Assembly (NCBI GenBank): GCA_030141605.1
Contig: JAQGDQ010000066.1
Location: 124,001-188,000 of the forward strand
Source of the DNA: Tubiluchus corallicola
Taxonomy: Eukaryota; Animalia; Priapulida
Reading direction: 5' to 3'
DNA: 64,000 bases
The first letter of the stretch is position 1. Every line of letters begins with the position of its first letter. The notes under the pieces were generated by a model that worked only from the letters and a program-made list of their open reading frames with translations, did not search any database and had not been told where the DNA came from. Shown here piece by piece: positions 1-13,700 of this stretch. Made by a program: the position numbers and the translations under genes.

Positions 1-37
1 GGCATATCATGCTGTTGAGCTTGTTGTATTGCAATAC

Positions 38-715
38 GTGTGGCTTGCAAACCAAAGCCGTCCATACTAACGTAGTTTTAACTATGCCGACTTATGAATG
101 CTTATGGACTACTTCAAAGTAGAATGCATCAACATTTGGTCTAATGTTAATTTTTTTTGTTCTTTATAAAACCAAATGCTAAATATATTGGACTTTTATA
201 TTCTAGCATCAAATAATCAAGAAAATGTCCAAAAATATTAAAAATTTTATTTTTTAACCGCGTGCCAATTTCTCTGCCTAGAAACTAGTACTGCAATTGC
301 AAAAAACTTGTATTTTCAATCTCTGATAGTAGCTCGTGGAAGCAGTCATATTGTTTTGGGTTTTTTTGTTGACAAGTGCAAATCTTCATCAGGAAAAGCC
401 ATCTACTGGATTTCAGCATAACTTCATTGTGTTCTTGCAAAGTCCATAACAACCGCACTTTTGTACGGTTGCTAAGTGTTTTGTAAAGACGTGACAAATA
501 AACAATGACCGACTTTTACAGCAATTTTCTCAAGATTATGTTTTTCACTGCATAGCCTGCATGTCAACTTTAACGTGGATTATCTCAGCTTAGAAATAAC
601 ATACGGCGATGAACTTGGTATCAAAATGATCCTCATGAAATAGAGATTCAGGGTATTTGAATAACTAGAAAACTAAATTGCTGACTTGTGGACGATTTTG
701 TCATGCAAGCCACAC
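38..715. mobile_element. Putative non-autonomous DNA transposon (MITE) with imperfect terminal inverted repeats
   Basis: Left end GTGTGGCTTGCAAACCAAAGCCGTCCA (38-64) is an imperfect reverse complement of the right end TGGACGATTTTGTCATGCAAGCCACAC (689-715). The interior is non-coding. Superfamily not assigned. Confidence 0.6.
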
Positions 716-1347
716 ATGTACTGCAAAATGACTTTCAGTTATTGATCATTTTTTTGTTTTTATTGTGCTGTTGTGCGAACTTATAAATATTCCCATTAAG
801 TGCAAAACTTGATGACCCAGAACAAAATCAACTGAAGTTAATCTTCTATTGCCTATAACTGTTGCAATATAAGCAAGTATGGGCAATAATAGTACTCTAC
901 TCATTGTTGAACTTCGATGGATATACTTTATTGCTCGTGCGACCTAATATACATTATTTGATCTGGTACTGCACAAGTATAAGTTTCAGTTAGGCAAAAC
1001 AGTGCTTTATACTGGTACCTATAAATTGCATGTTATGTCAGGCAGACTTTATGACCTGAAACAAAGCATGAAGATTGGGTGCAACATTGTAACCAAATTT
1101 CCAGTCAATAAGATAGTATTAATTTCTAGAGTCTTTGTGAAAAGTAGCTTGTAAAAGTAATGAGTTACTTTTTTCAGAAGACTACTAATTTTAACTAGTT
1201 ACTTTTGAAAAGTAACTTACGACACCAAACAGACACATTCTGTTAACGTATTTTCATTGAAGTTTAGACTGCAACACCTTTCATTAAAAAAAATAATGTT
1301 GTGTTTTACTTTCAAACCGTCTGCATCTACTTGTTATTTCATTCTAG

Positions 1348-1349
<2 letters not shown>

Positions 1350-1439
<90 letters not shown>

Positions 1440-1466
1440 CATTATTATTATTATTATTATTATTAT
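1350..1466. repeat. (TTA)n microsatellite
   Basis: Nearly pure TTA run with one interruption; it explains the poly-Tyr ORF 1257..1511. Confidence 0.97.
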
Positions 1467-1757
1467 AGCGCATTGTCTATAATTTGCTTGAGATGTTCCG
1501 AAGTTTCATGAGAAAAACCGAACAAAGTGTTCTGGACGGGAAATGCAACTTTGAGGCTCGATTTCATTAGGAAGGAAGCGATGAAATTTAATAAAATTAA
1601 TGTCAAATTTTAAGTTACAGTTAACTCTTTTAATTAAAGAAGATTTGTTTTTATTTTAAATTTATCTTTAATGAATGATGAGTTGGTATATTGGCAAAAG
1701 CAATTTCGTAAATATTAAGAAAAAGTGTCTAGTGATCGTTGTTGTTGTGTGTGACAG

Positions 1758-4700
1758 GTGCAGACGTAATGAGAAGGAATGGCTCGTCTGATTCGAAGTT
1801 TCGCTATCCTTCATATGTGCAGGATATCATGGGAGACGTGTTTTCACTTGGTTTTGGTCCATTTCGGTAAGTTTATTTTCTGCATAACACTTGTTTTGTT
1901 CTTTTGTAAAGCTTAACATAGTCTTTTGAGAGTGAAAATAAATGCACATGAAAAACTATTTTAAAATACTTTCTCGAAGGGATGCATAACCCCTTTACTT
2001 TTCAACTCTGTTGGAAAAACAATGTTTGTGCTGTGGTTGAAATAGTTGTTAAATTGCACTAATAAGATCGTTTTAAAGAAAAATCTAAATAGAATATTTT
2101 TGCTTTCGATTTACATTGATTACATAAATCTTTGATCTGGCCTATAGATGTTCCTCAGAATCAAAATTTTGCACTTGAGTAGCTTCAGTTTTCTGTCTGA
2201 TGCGTGAAAGTTTTTTGTCTGATGCTTGAAAGTTTTTTGTCTGATGCTTGAAAGTTTTTTGTCTGATGCTTGAAAGTTTTTTGTCTGATGCGTGAAAGTT
2301 TTTTGTCTGATGCTTGAAAGTTTTTTGTCTGATGCGTGAAAGTTTTTTGTCTGATGCGTGAAAGTTTTTTGTCTGATGCGTGAAAGTTTTTTGTCTGATG
2401 CGTGAAAGTTTTTTGTCTGATGCGTGAAAGTTTTTTGTCTGATGCTTGAAAGTTTTTTGTCTGATGCGTGAAAGTTTTTTGTCTGATGCGTTGCATTTAA
2501 ACTGCTCCCTTCAAAAACTACCTATGGAGGGTCAAACATCAGAATACTTAAAAAGACCATTTCATTTGTGTCAAATGAGATAAGATAAGATCTTTTGCAA
2601 ATCAAAGACTTCTATTACATGTAGTTATATCTACCTTTACATTTATGCTACTTATATTATATAAATATTCCTATGTTAGTACAAGTATTCTGCCTTGAGA
2701 TGTTTATTTTAGTTATAAGTGATGGTTTTCTGAACTCAGAATTACGTGTACTGAACAAATGGTTCTACCCTGCATTTATTTTTGATTGTAATGGTTGACT
2801 CATTTCTCGCTCTTTAGTCAAATATACATTGTTCAATTAATTTTTGTAGACCATGTGTGACCTAATCAACATGTGTGTGCGTGTTAAAACAAGAAATCAT
2901 ACACAACTCCCTCCACTGAACTATGATATATAAGAGTTAAATTAATGAATTATTGGGTCCTAGTCTCATCACAACAATACAGGTCTGTGCAAGGTGTTTC
3001 CTAAGTCACTCGCTTTTCAATTTACTTTGCTACTAATCGACTAACAATATTCATCTTGCTAAACTCTTACTGAGTAGTTAAGAATTTTTTGAGTATTCAT
3101 TTGAAGTTTTGTGCTATTTGCTTCTGTTGTCATGCTGATTTAGAGCAGTGCAAAATCACATTGGTTGCTCACTTGCTAGATCATAAACCAACCAATGTCT
3201 TTTCGGTACATTAAGAGCTTTGTGTATGCCACCACGATTAGCAACGCCCCACACTATAAAAAATGTTGTCCATGGTCAATTGACCAAAGAATTCATGAAA
3301 AGATGGCTTGGCTTGTTTCAAAAAAAGGCGAGCATCGCTTTCAGGTCTACTAGTGACTTTCCAGAATGAAACCGATTTTGGTGCCACCAAGAATCTCCTG
3401 AATCACAAACTCATCACTCCTCTTATATTTGCTATTATAGCAAACTTTAAAAACAATGAGGGACTTATGAAACAGCCCGTGTAATACATTAAGTCATAAG
3501 GTATTAATGTAAAATTTGTTGTAAATACGGCTTTTTTAATTTGAGAAAACTATGGATTAACGTTGCATTAATAAATAGAGACTTATTGTACAGTGTAACA
3601 GGTTCACATCAGAATATTTACAGCCCATACTCTTAATAGTGTTAATAATTTAATAATGTTAATATAAAAAACAATATTTAATAACAGCATTTCAGCTCTT
3701 GAAGACAAGAATCCGTTTTTTGTAGAATATGGGCTGTCCGTGTCTGACATATTTGCCACTGCTACTCTAAACCTGAATTTTCATTAAATAGCCGTATAAT
3801 AAAATCACTGGTATAATTAGGTTCATAAAAATTTTCCACGTTCAGTAGGTAATATAAGTGGGTGTTAGACTAGTCTAACAATGATTGTAGGTCATAGTCT
3901 GGGCAGTGTTTTCTAGGTTTCTTGTACAACATGCATTTTAGAGATAGCCGCCCTTGTAGCGTGTTTTTCTCACTGGAACTAGTGTTTTTCGTGAACCCGA
4001 GGAAATTGCATCAATTCTGCGTCATTTTTTTTCCATGACTGCAACGTTACTTTAAATTTCAACTAAACTTAACAGCTTCACATTGTCAAATCCATTAGTT
4101 GTCTTAAATAATAATGCATTCCTATTATGCATGTTTGTATTATTTTCCATCTGTTGGGAAGATTTTTTTTGATAAATATACATTAAAAGTGGCTTAGCTT
4201 TTGTCAATACGTAATTTTTATTTTTGAGCACAAACGGTTTTGTTCTACTTTTTTGGGCATTCAGTACCTTTAAGCTTATTTGACCTTATCAGAGTTGAAA
4301 TTACAGTATCTGTACTTTGAATTTTATGGAGTCAGTAATTAGTAACTAGTCTGACGGCCTTCACAATAGAGTAATTATGTTTGTGTTCAGCCTCTGCCTT
4401 GTAATTTTATATGTTACAAGTGGCTATTAATTGAAGCTTTAGAGTATGCACAAGAAAGAATGTTACTATTGTGTGCCAGTCAGTCTTTCGATAAAATAGC
4501 ATACTAGCGAATTTTTTACCACAATTTTATTATTTTAGTTTTCCTTGCACTAGTTTTTACATAAACTTTGACTGAGTGTAATAGTGTAGTTAGGATTATG
4601 TACTAATTTTTCTGTTGTTTATGATTCTCAAAAACTCATTTCTCGAGAACATAAATTTCCAACTCTGTTTCCCCTTTCATACACAGATTAGAAAACTTGT

Positions 4701-7700
4701 CCAAGGCAGGTCTTTGAAAACATGACCTTGCCACTGCTGTAAGCTCGTGATAGTTATTCGTAAAGGTAGCTTCAACCATTTATTATACCCAGTGTCACAG
4801 GAATTGCTTGCTAGTAAGATGACTAATTGATTTACCTTTGCTTAGTTTACAAACTTTACCTTCACTGTATCTGACAGTTACATGGCTCTGTGAGTTAAAA
4901 AGCTAGAAGTACTGCGACTGTTTTTGTCTCAACATTCATGTTTATACCTGTAGATCTCAATGTGTGTAGACAGTTTACAAAAGCACTTCACTTTTCTGAT
5001 TTTTATCCATAATTTTTATCTGATGTAATTTGCCCATCAATGTAATAAGATTATCCAGTTCCTGCTAAAGTTAAATTCCATTTCGATACCAGAATAAATG
5101 TACTTTTGCTAACAAAGCAACCCGTTGCGCTAACAAAGCATAGGCATATTTAATAATGCATTTGATTATAGTGGCCAGCATTGGCCTGGTCACGTTCAAG
5201 GTAGTCTGTAAAAATCTACTAAAGGCATCAGCTAAAAAGTTTCCATCTTCTATAGCAAACGGATAAATATCAGGACCGTTTTGCCTCAACAAAACTTTAA
5301 TACTTCCATCTGGAAAATGCATCAATAGCTACTGCATATATAAACCATATTTTTCAAAAATTACTTGAGGTGCATCCTTGTACTCATAATTTTCACAATT
5401 GTGGTAAAAATGAATTTAAATGATGCATTTTTGTTATTGCCTTAGATCTTTCAATTAAAAAACCCGATCATTGTTCCTTAAACGTTATTAAAAATCGAGA
5501 AATCAAAATTACAGATACCATTGTCGCAAAGTTCTGAATAGTCTTGTGTCACTTTTTCAAGCATGACCAGAATAGTCTTGATACTTTTAATGTAGCTACT
5601 TGCTATATAAGCTTCTTCCAGTCTGTTCCATACAAATTCAAGCTTATGAAAGACACAGTATAGGTTATAATTCTGTTGTTTTAATTTCATACTATCTTAT
5701 CTTCGAACATAATGAGGTTTTGATTCCTGCATTATTATAATTATATTAATTTAATCTGTCATATCAAAATACACAGTGGGGCTTAGGTTAACAAGTGATT
5801 TTTCATGGTTATTCAATGTATAAATTACGAAGTTGCATATATTTGTTTTACAGAATGTCTGCTTAACTCTGAATTACATTTTAATGTTTACATTTTGCAA
5901 AACCTTCAAAATGAATATTTGAATTTTAATGGTTTGTATAGTGAACAGGGAAAGCAGCTGGTAGTCTGTAATATTTATGTCATTTCATCACATATAGTTA
6001 ACTTAATGGCAACGTGGCACCACCCCTATATACAAGATTGTCAAGGATAAGTGAGGTGTTGCCTGCGGAAGTACTTGTCGTTTTAAAAACATTTCATTTT
6101 ACATGTGAAATGCTTTATGAATTCTCTCAAGGTTATCTGAAATTAGATTCGACAAGTGAAAAAATGAAACAGCAACTTGACACTGTAGTTCTATATTTTT
6201 CCAGCGGTGGGACATTCCACGAAAGATTGATTGTTCCACTTTGTCGTGATATTTTATTTTTATTACGTTGGCAGTGGCTGATATTTAGAGGTGTGCCGTG
6301 TTTCGCATTTATATTCCGATCGCCCATAATCGTGACCTACCCTCTGGCTAAATCTGATTCTTCCTGATATAAAAACTGTATAAACTGATTTAATGGTTCT
6401 TGGCATCAATTACTACCTTCCGTTTTAAACAAAACTTATTTTAATCAGGTCTTAAGTTCCATTATACCACTTGACACGCACTTTGGAAACTTAAAATGCT
6501 ATTAATGTCAGAAAGTGTTTGTAAATAAGTAAATTAATTAAATAGAACTTGAAGAATTCTGCAAGTTTTGGACAGCTGTTTGTCTACGTGAGTTATGATT
6601 ATATAAATCAATATAAATTTTGCAACTAAAAGCAGCCTATACCTTTTGTTTAGCACCTTCTTGAATACTGGTAATTTAGCTGCATTGCTGCAAAAGTTTT
6701 TTAAATCTGTGATCAAAAAACTCCTAATAACACAATTTAATGTCTAATTGGTTAAAAGATAATCTGCAAGAATCTTTGCAGGCAGTTAACCACATGGAAT
6801 AATTCTTGCAATTTTGCAAATGCTACATGGGGATGCAGCAATGTGATGTTTCAGTTATATTTGCTATTGTCGCCCAGGGAATGCAGGCATGATACATTAA
6901 CTGCTTCATTTGGAGAATTCAGCATCTTCCTCAGTGCATTAGTGACCTGCATCCAATTAATCATCTTTAAAGTGTTGGACATTTAATCAATCGCTGTTGC
7001 ATATCTGTAGAGTTTGTGTGGCTGTGTAGTGAGTTCTGTTCTGGTGCAAGAATGTACCTTACTATTCACACTTTATAACATTGCTTGCATTTTTTGTATC
7101 GTGAAGTGAGAATATGTGCAAATTTTCTTGAAACTTGAGTTTATAGTGCTTTGGCATTAAATGCTAGCACAGTTGTAGTAATGGACCATTTTGATTTTAT
7201 TTAGGTAAATTTACTTCATTATGTGGGTATTCATGATTAGCAGTGGATTTATAAAGGTCTTATTGTATTGTAATTGCTAACTTATTTCATTGTTCTGGAT
7301 GTTGTTTCGTCGTCTTTCAAAAATTTAGTGACTACTTTTAATGCGATGTACTTAACTGGTGCAAGTCTTTTGCAAAAATCTTCACATTCTTATATAAGAA
7401 TAAAAAAGTATTGTGACATTACCTATGTTTTTGTATAAACAAATTTCAGTCATAGCTTAAAGTTTCCTTGCAGTTTTGAAATTTAAGCATTTAGTATTAA
7501 TATTTATCACCTACCACTATTGAGATATATACAGTTTACTTTTCGACAAGCATTAATAAATTTCTTTATTGAAAATCCGTCTCTTGTGTTTATTTATTGG
7601 ATTATCATTCTTAACACAATCTGCTATTTGCTTAAAGATTATCAACGTAACTGTTGATAGAATTAAAAGGTATCATCAATAGTGTGTTCATGTATCAAGG

Positions 7701-10700
7701 AGATTTAAGTGTTTAAATTTGACACTAAGCTTGTGAATTTTGGCTTCAGATCTTGTTATTGTTTGAACTTGTGTGGGTTGAAGTAACTTTATCCTTGTTA
7801 TCAGCTATTTGGCAATTTTTTGCAACTATACGTGAAACACTTCACAAAATATGACGTGTGATTCTCTCTAATTGGATTTAATTGCTTAAAATAGTTCTGT
7901 GGTGGTTTTGGTTTGCGAACACTTTAAAAATATCTAAATGGGCTTTACTGGGTGTTTATAAGTTTTACAGTCTCTACTGGCAATAAACAAAATGAAGCTC
8001 ACAGCAGCTGATCTGCTTTTTGACATGCTGCAGAAGTTAGGTAAGGCTATTTAAAACCGCATCATAAACGTTTACAGTTTGTGAGTTGAGTCTGCCTTGC
8101 CAGGCTCATTATTGTGTTTCTGTTTTCAGTTTGTGAATTTTTTTCGTAAACAGTGTTTCTTCTTTTAACTTCGGGACCTCCAAGTTTTCAGTTTATTTTG
8201 CGCAGTGTGCAAATCAAAGCGTCGTATGCAGAGTATTTTCACCAACTGTGTCCTTTTTCATTGTTTATGTAATTGTCACTTGTCATTCTTAATATTTGCT
8301 AGTGAAATAGTAAGAAACGGTTAAAAGTTTTTTGGTGCATAATCTCTTCCTGGTGTTATGCTGTCCCTTCATTACTTTTCGGTTTGACTGTTGAAGACTG
8401 TGATCAGCTTGTCTGCAAGAATCAACTTTTCCTACAAGATCAACAGAGTTTTGTTGTCAGATAAATGGGTTCACTTGTTTTCTTTGCCGCCTGTTTTCTG
8501 AGATAATAATCTTACACATGTTTGTTCGTCCATCCATGAGATGTTAAGTTACCATTGGGCGGCGTAGAGTTTTCCAAAGCGGTCATTTTTGACCCAATGA
8601 CCGGCATGTTTGTCCTGAGGCGCTGCTTGCACGCAAACTGGTTGTAGGAAAACGCGAATTTACAACTGGTTAGTTGAATGTTCTTTCTTATCTAAGAAGT
8701 GTCGAAAGCATTCACTGTAGTGAGCACAGTAATAGCAGTCAGTGAGAAGGCTTGCCTAGTATTAACTGCTATCATCAGGTTGATAACTGATAAAAAGATT
8801 AACGTGTTTTTGTTTGCTTTAGGATTTATTGTTATTAAGCAGTAATTAGTGTCATTTCTTATTTGACGTAGGTAAGCTTTTGAGCGTTAATGGTTTTGTT
8901 TGCAGACTTGCTGCTTTCCATGCCTGTTTTGCTTGTTTTTATTGTTGTTTTTCTTTGTTTGCTTGTTTTATTAGTTTTTAAAGGTTACCTTTAGTTCTGC
9001 TTTTTTAAGCTTATTTGTAGTTGTTTTCTTTTGTTTGCTCTTTTGTTAGTTTTTAAAAATCTGTTTTATTTCTGCTTTTTTAAGTTGTTCTCAAGCTTTG
9101 GTCATTCGAATGTTGTTTGAAATTAAAGTTTTATATAGCTATTGCTACTGTTTTCATTTTTATGAATGATAAGCTCAGATAAATTAAAATGATTGCATAT
9201 AATAAATAATATGCCAAGTGTTAATGATAGAAATGATCACGTGTGTGTTAATATGTGGGAAATAATTGTGACACATCGTACGAAAAGCTATTAAATTGTT
9301 TTTATAATGATTTAATGTGAAATTGAACATTTTTGTCCAATAAAATGGCTCTAAAAGATAACTATTATTATTTTGATAAGGAGATTTTATAACAACCCGT
9401 TAATCAAAAGTTAAAACCACTTGCACTTGTAAATTAAGTATGCATGCATGTAAAATTTTCTAGCACACTTTTGAAAAACATTGCAAATTGTTTTGGTTTG
9501 TAAATTTTTTGAAAATGGGTTTCTGACTAGGTCATAAGAATCAGCTTATCCATGCCCATAAGCATTTCTTTTTGTTTTGCTCAGCATTTGAGCCATTTTT
9601 TGCCATGCAGTTGTTACAATTCTGCTTACAGATCAAGTACTGTGTTGTATTGTTCCCCAAGCCTGTCGTGCTTGGAGGTGGAATCAGTTGCCATGTACAA
9701 AGAAAAACCTTGTACTTTTAGCACTCATGCAAGTAAATACTGCGCATAGAATAAATTCTAACTAGTATATGATCAAAGACTGAATCTGCTATTCATAAAG
9801 GGAATTTGGTGAGCATGTATTACATTGAAATCCTGTTTTTCAAATTGCCCCTGTTTGGCATTCCACCTGCATAGATGTTTTAGTCCAGGTGCATGCAGGC
9901 AGAACCGGTAACTCATGTGCACACCTTGAGGCATTATTCTACTTATCGGCTTTCACTTTTTAGCTGTCTGTGTTCTTACCCAGTCAACGATCCTTGCTTC
10001 TTGACACGCTGAAATGCACCCAATTTGCTGGTTATGCTTGGCGAGCTGTTAATTATTTGTTAAAGTGTTATAATTTAGAGCAAGTAGCTAAAATTGCGTG
10101 GTTTGGGATATATGTTTGAGTACTAGTTCAACTAAGCTCTAAAGTGTGTTTATTTTGCAGAGTAAAAAAGAAGCATCATGAAAACTGAACTATAACTTTT
10201 TTACTTGGTGCACAAATTGGCTGAAGCTTGTGTTAGTGCTGTGAACAAGTGTTCAAGATTTCCAGCAGTTTTTCCATAGAAATGCTTTTGACAAGATAGT
10301 GCAAGCATTTTGACAATACCATAACGATCAGAAGGGTGAGAAACGTTCTCTAAGTTTTCTGCAAAGTGGAACCTGCCAAAATGGCAATGGTGTCTCTTCT
10401 CAGGTGTGTAGCTTTTGTGAGTTTCTTGATGTATGCTTGTGCAGCGAGGAGTACCAACAACAATATGGAATGTGATCCGATGATCGATAAGGATGGAAAA
10501 GAAATTGGTATCGGTTGTCATGTAAATAGCACCAATATGGTAGGTGTGCTGAATCAAATTGGACATTCCAACACCATCATCTCTGTGTATTCATGTCAGC
10601 AGCATAGTGAGTTTGATAGTGGCTTTGCTAGATCTGTCATGCACGTTTTAGAAGAATTGGTCATCAATAACTGTCCAGTGGCTCATCTGCCACGTGTTTA

Positions 10701-13700
10701 TTACACTGGCACGCCGCACATGCGGTGCGGACTTGAAACACATGCTCCCCTCCGCATCCTCAATCTACGTAGCAACAATATCACGTCTATTGAGCCGTAT
10801 GCTTTCTATGGTTTGTCAAAACTTGAACAGTTATTTCTTGGATATAACAACATTATGAAGTTGGAGCAGCATACATTTAATGGACTGAAATCACTAAAGC
10901 TTTTAGAACTAGCGTTCAACAAGATCAGCAGCATTGATGCAGGAACTCTACCAGTCATCTTCCCTCCACATCACCTGCAGGAAATCATAAATAGTGAAAA
11001 GTCAATGGAAGCTTTCTGCTATTTTCCACACTTGGAAGAAGTGTATCTCAACTACAATTTATTAACTTTGTTTTCTAATGCTACTTTTATCGTTAATGAC
11101 TTTATGGCTCACATTGCCCTTCCCGGATCAGCTATAAAAGATCCACAGCTTTTATTAAACAGATTAAGGCCAAAATTGTCACTGTTGAATCTGCAAGGCA
11201 ATAATCTCACCGAAATTGAAGATTATGTGTTTAGTGGACTTCCAAATCTTGCTAAACTTCTACTTGGTGAAAATCTTCTGCAATCAATTAAAAATAATAG
11301 TTTTGCCGGATTGAAAAATTTGAAGATAATGAATTTGTATAAAAACATGATTGAGACAATAGAGTCGGGAACATTCAGTGAGATGTTCCAGTCTGAGGAA
11401 AACGACGTGTCTCGATTTCTGCTAAACCTTGCCGAAAATAAGATCAAGAAAATTAAACCAGGCACTTTTCAGAATTTGAATTATCTGAGTTACCTGCAGC
11501 TTGACGGGAACGAAATAGCTTCATTAGCAAGTGATGAGTTCTCAGGAACAGATTCACTTGTTCAGCTTGACTTAGGAAACAATAAATTGCAGTATATACC
11601 CCCTGAATTGTTCACTGATATGGACACATTAACGCTCGTTAGTTTAAGTGGTAATCGACTTTCATACCTACCTGCTAATTTATTTGCCGATTCTAAAAAC
11701 ATCTGGACTCTAAAGCTGAATAATAACTCTTTAACCGAGAAAGGTTTGCTGGCAGGTTTGCTGGATATCCCACAGTTAAAATCTGTCGACTTAAGTACAA
11801 ATAAGTTAACCCGCATTCCACAAGGTTTGTTTCACAACATTCCAAGCTTACAGTCAGTTTCCTTGGTGAACAATTCTATTTCGGTTATCTATCCAGATGA
11901 TTTTAAAAATTTGCCTGAACTCGAGACTGTTAATGCTAGTTGGAATATCATTACAGCAGTCTATAGAAATTCGTTTGTTGGAACGCCAAGCTTAACATCT
12001 TTAGACTTGGAAGGAAACTCTATGCTAAGTTTTGAAGAGTTCTCGAAAAATATTTCGACTATTTTAAAACGAAATAATCGAGAAGCGTCATCCGTTCTGG
12101 AAATTGTGCTTCACGGTAGTGTGATGGAGTGTGGTTGCTATGACTACGAGAGCATGAAATATCTTCAAGAAGCTGTCAACGATGGCAAACTTATTTTAAT
12201 TGGCGGGCATTGTTACTATAAGCATGATACCACATTCTGGGAACTCAATGTAGTGAATCTTGAATCCATGATGGAACATTGTCCGCAGAATTTTGCGTCT
12301 GTTTCCTATGTTGAAGAGCAATCTTCATGGAAATGGCTGATGTATATTGGCATTGGTTTTGGACTAGCTATCCTGCTTATCGTTCTTATTCTGCTGAAGT
12401 GTTCCACTAGCATTCAACTCGCCTGTTTTAGTCGATACGGTGTGAGAATTTTACCAAAATATCACAATTCAAAGGGAAAGACTTACGATGCTTACATCTG
12501 TTACAGCAGATGTAATGAGCATTGGGTGTTGACCAGCTTAGTTCCAACGCTTGAAAATCGTAAGCATCCGTATCGGCTTTGCGTTCATCATCGGGATTTT
12601 CCAGGCACGGATTACGTCAACGATTGCATCGTCAATGCCGTGAAACACAGCAAGGCAACAATTCTCGTTCTTTCCACAGACTTTATCAGTGGTGACTGGT
12701 GTCAAGTGGAATTCTCTGCTGTTCACAGAAATGCTCTTCGCGAGCATAGAAACGAGATTATTCCTGTTTCTCTTGAGTACATTAGCCAGCAGTACTTGAC
12801 TCCCGAACTGAAGCACATAATGCACAGAACGCGGCCAATATCAGTCGAAGATCCTCAGTTTTGGAACAAGCTTTATCTTGCTCTGCCAGACCCAGAAATA
12901 GACCAAAGCAGTCCAATGCTTAATAAGTATGACAAGAAAATTTATGTTTAATCTTGTTTAATATACGATTGTTTCAGTGTAATATACAACTGTTGCCTAG
13001 TTACTGATCTTAGCTAGCTGGAAAAAAATGATTTATTAAAGTTAAATACATGCAACATATGTCTTGTACAGTATGTAAACTGTGATCATTCAACACTTAA
13101 AGCACATTATTCACATTCTCAAGTTCATTTCTGAAATTGTGCATTTGTGTTTTAAAGGGGTTAGGGAAATGTCGTAGCATAATGTTCTGTTTAATAAGTA
13201 TTTGTGATCTTGAAGCATTGCACACAATATTTATTATGTACCTACATTGTATTGCAATTTAATAGAGAATTTGAAATACAACTAAAACCTTTTTATTATA
13301 GCCATTAAATTTATCTCGTCCACCTTATGGCATTTAGCTGTGATAGATTTACGTCGGTTTTTTACCTTTGTTTGTGGCATTGTATCTTGCTACATGCAAG
13401 GGTCTTCAGGACAATGACACAGTCAGCATTTATTTCACATTTTACAAAGTAATCGCTAAGATTCAAACTGGTTTGTGTATCAGTACAAAACTGCGTGTTC
13501 AGCTTAACTTCTGTTGTTTAAATAAATGGGAATGTCATATTTATGTAATCATAAAAGACTTGGGGGGGTCTTTGACCTTCAAGACCAACGACATCGACGT
13601 TGCTAGCATCTTGTAAGGCTGTGTAATTTGTGTAGTTTATATGGTTTAACATTAATTTCTAATCTTGCTGCCTCCAGGTTCAAGGTCCTGGTGAATTATT

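Noticed and set aside
1257-1511. Poly-tyrosine ORF
   Set aside because: Translation of a (TTA)n microsatellite.
2185-2496. 22-bp repeat array as a CRISPR array or repetitive protein
   Set aside because: No unique spacers, no cas genes, eukaryotic intron; the ORF is just translated minisatellite.
10366-10380. GTG start for the TLR given by the ORF track
   Set aside because: Eukaryotic gene; the in-frame ATG at 10381 (or 10387) directly precedes the signal peptide.
10201-12825. Minus-strand ORFs overlapping the TLR
   Set aside because: Antisense shadows of the coding strand with no recognisable motifs.
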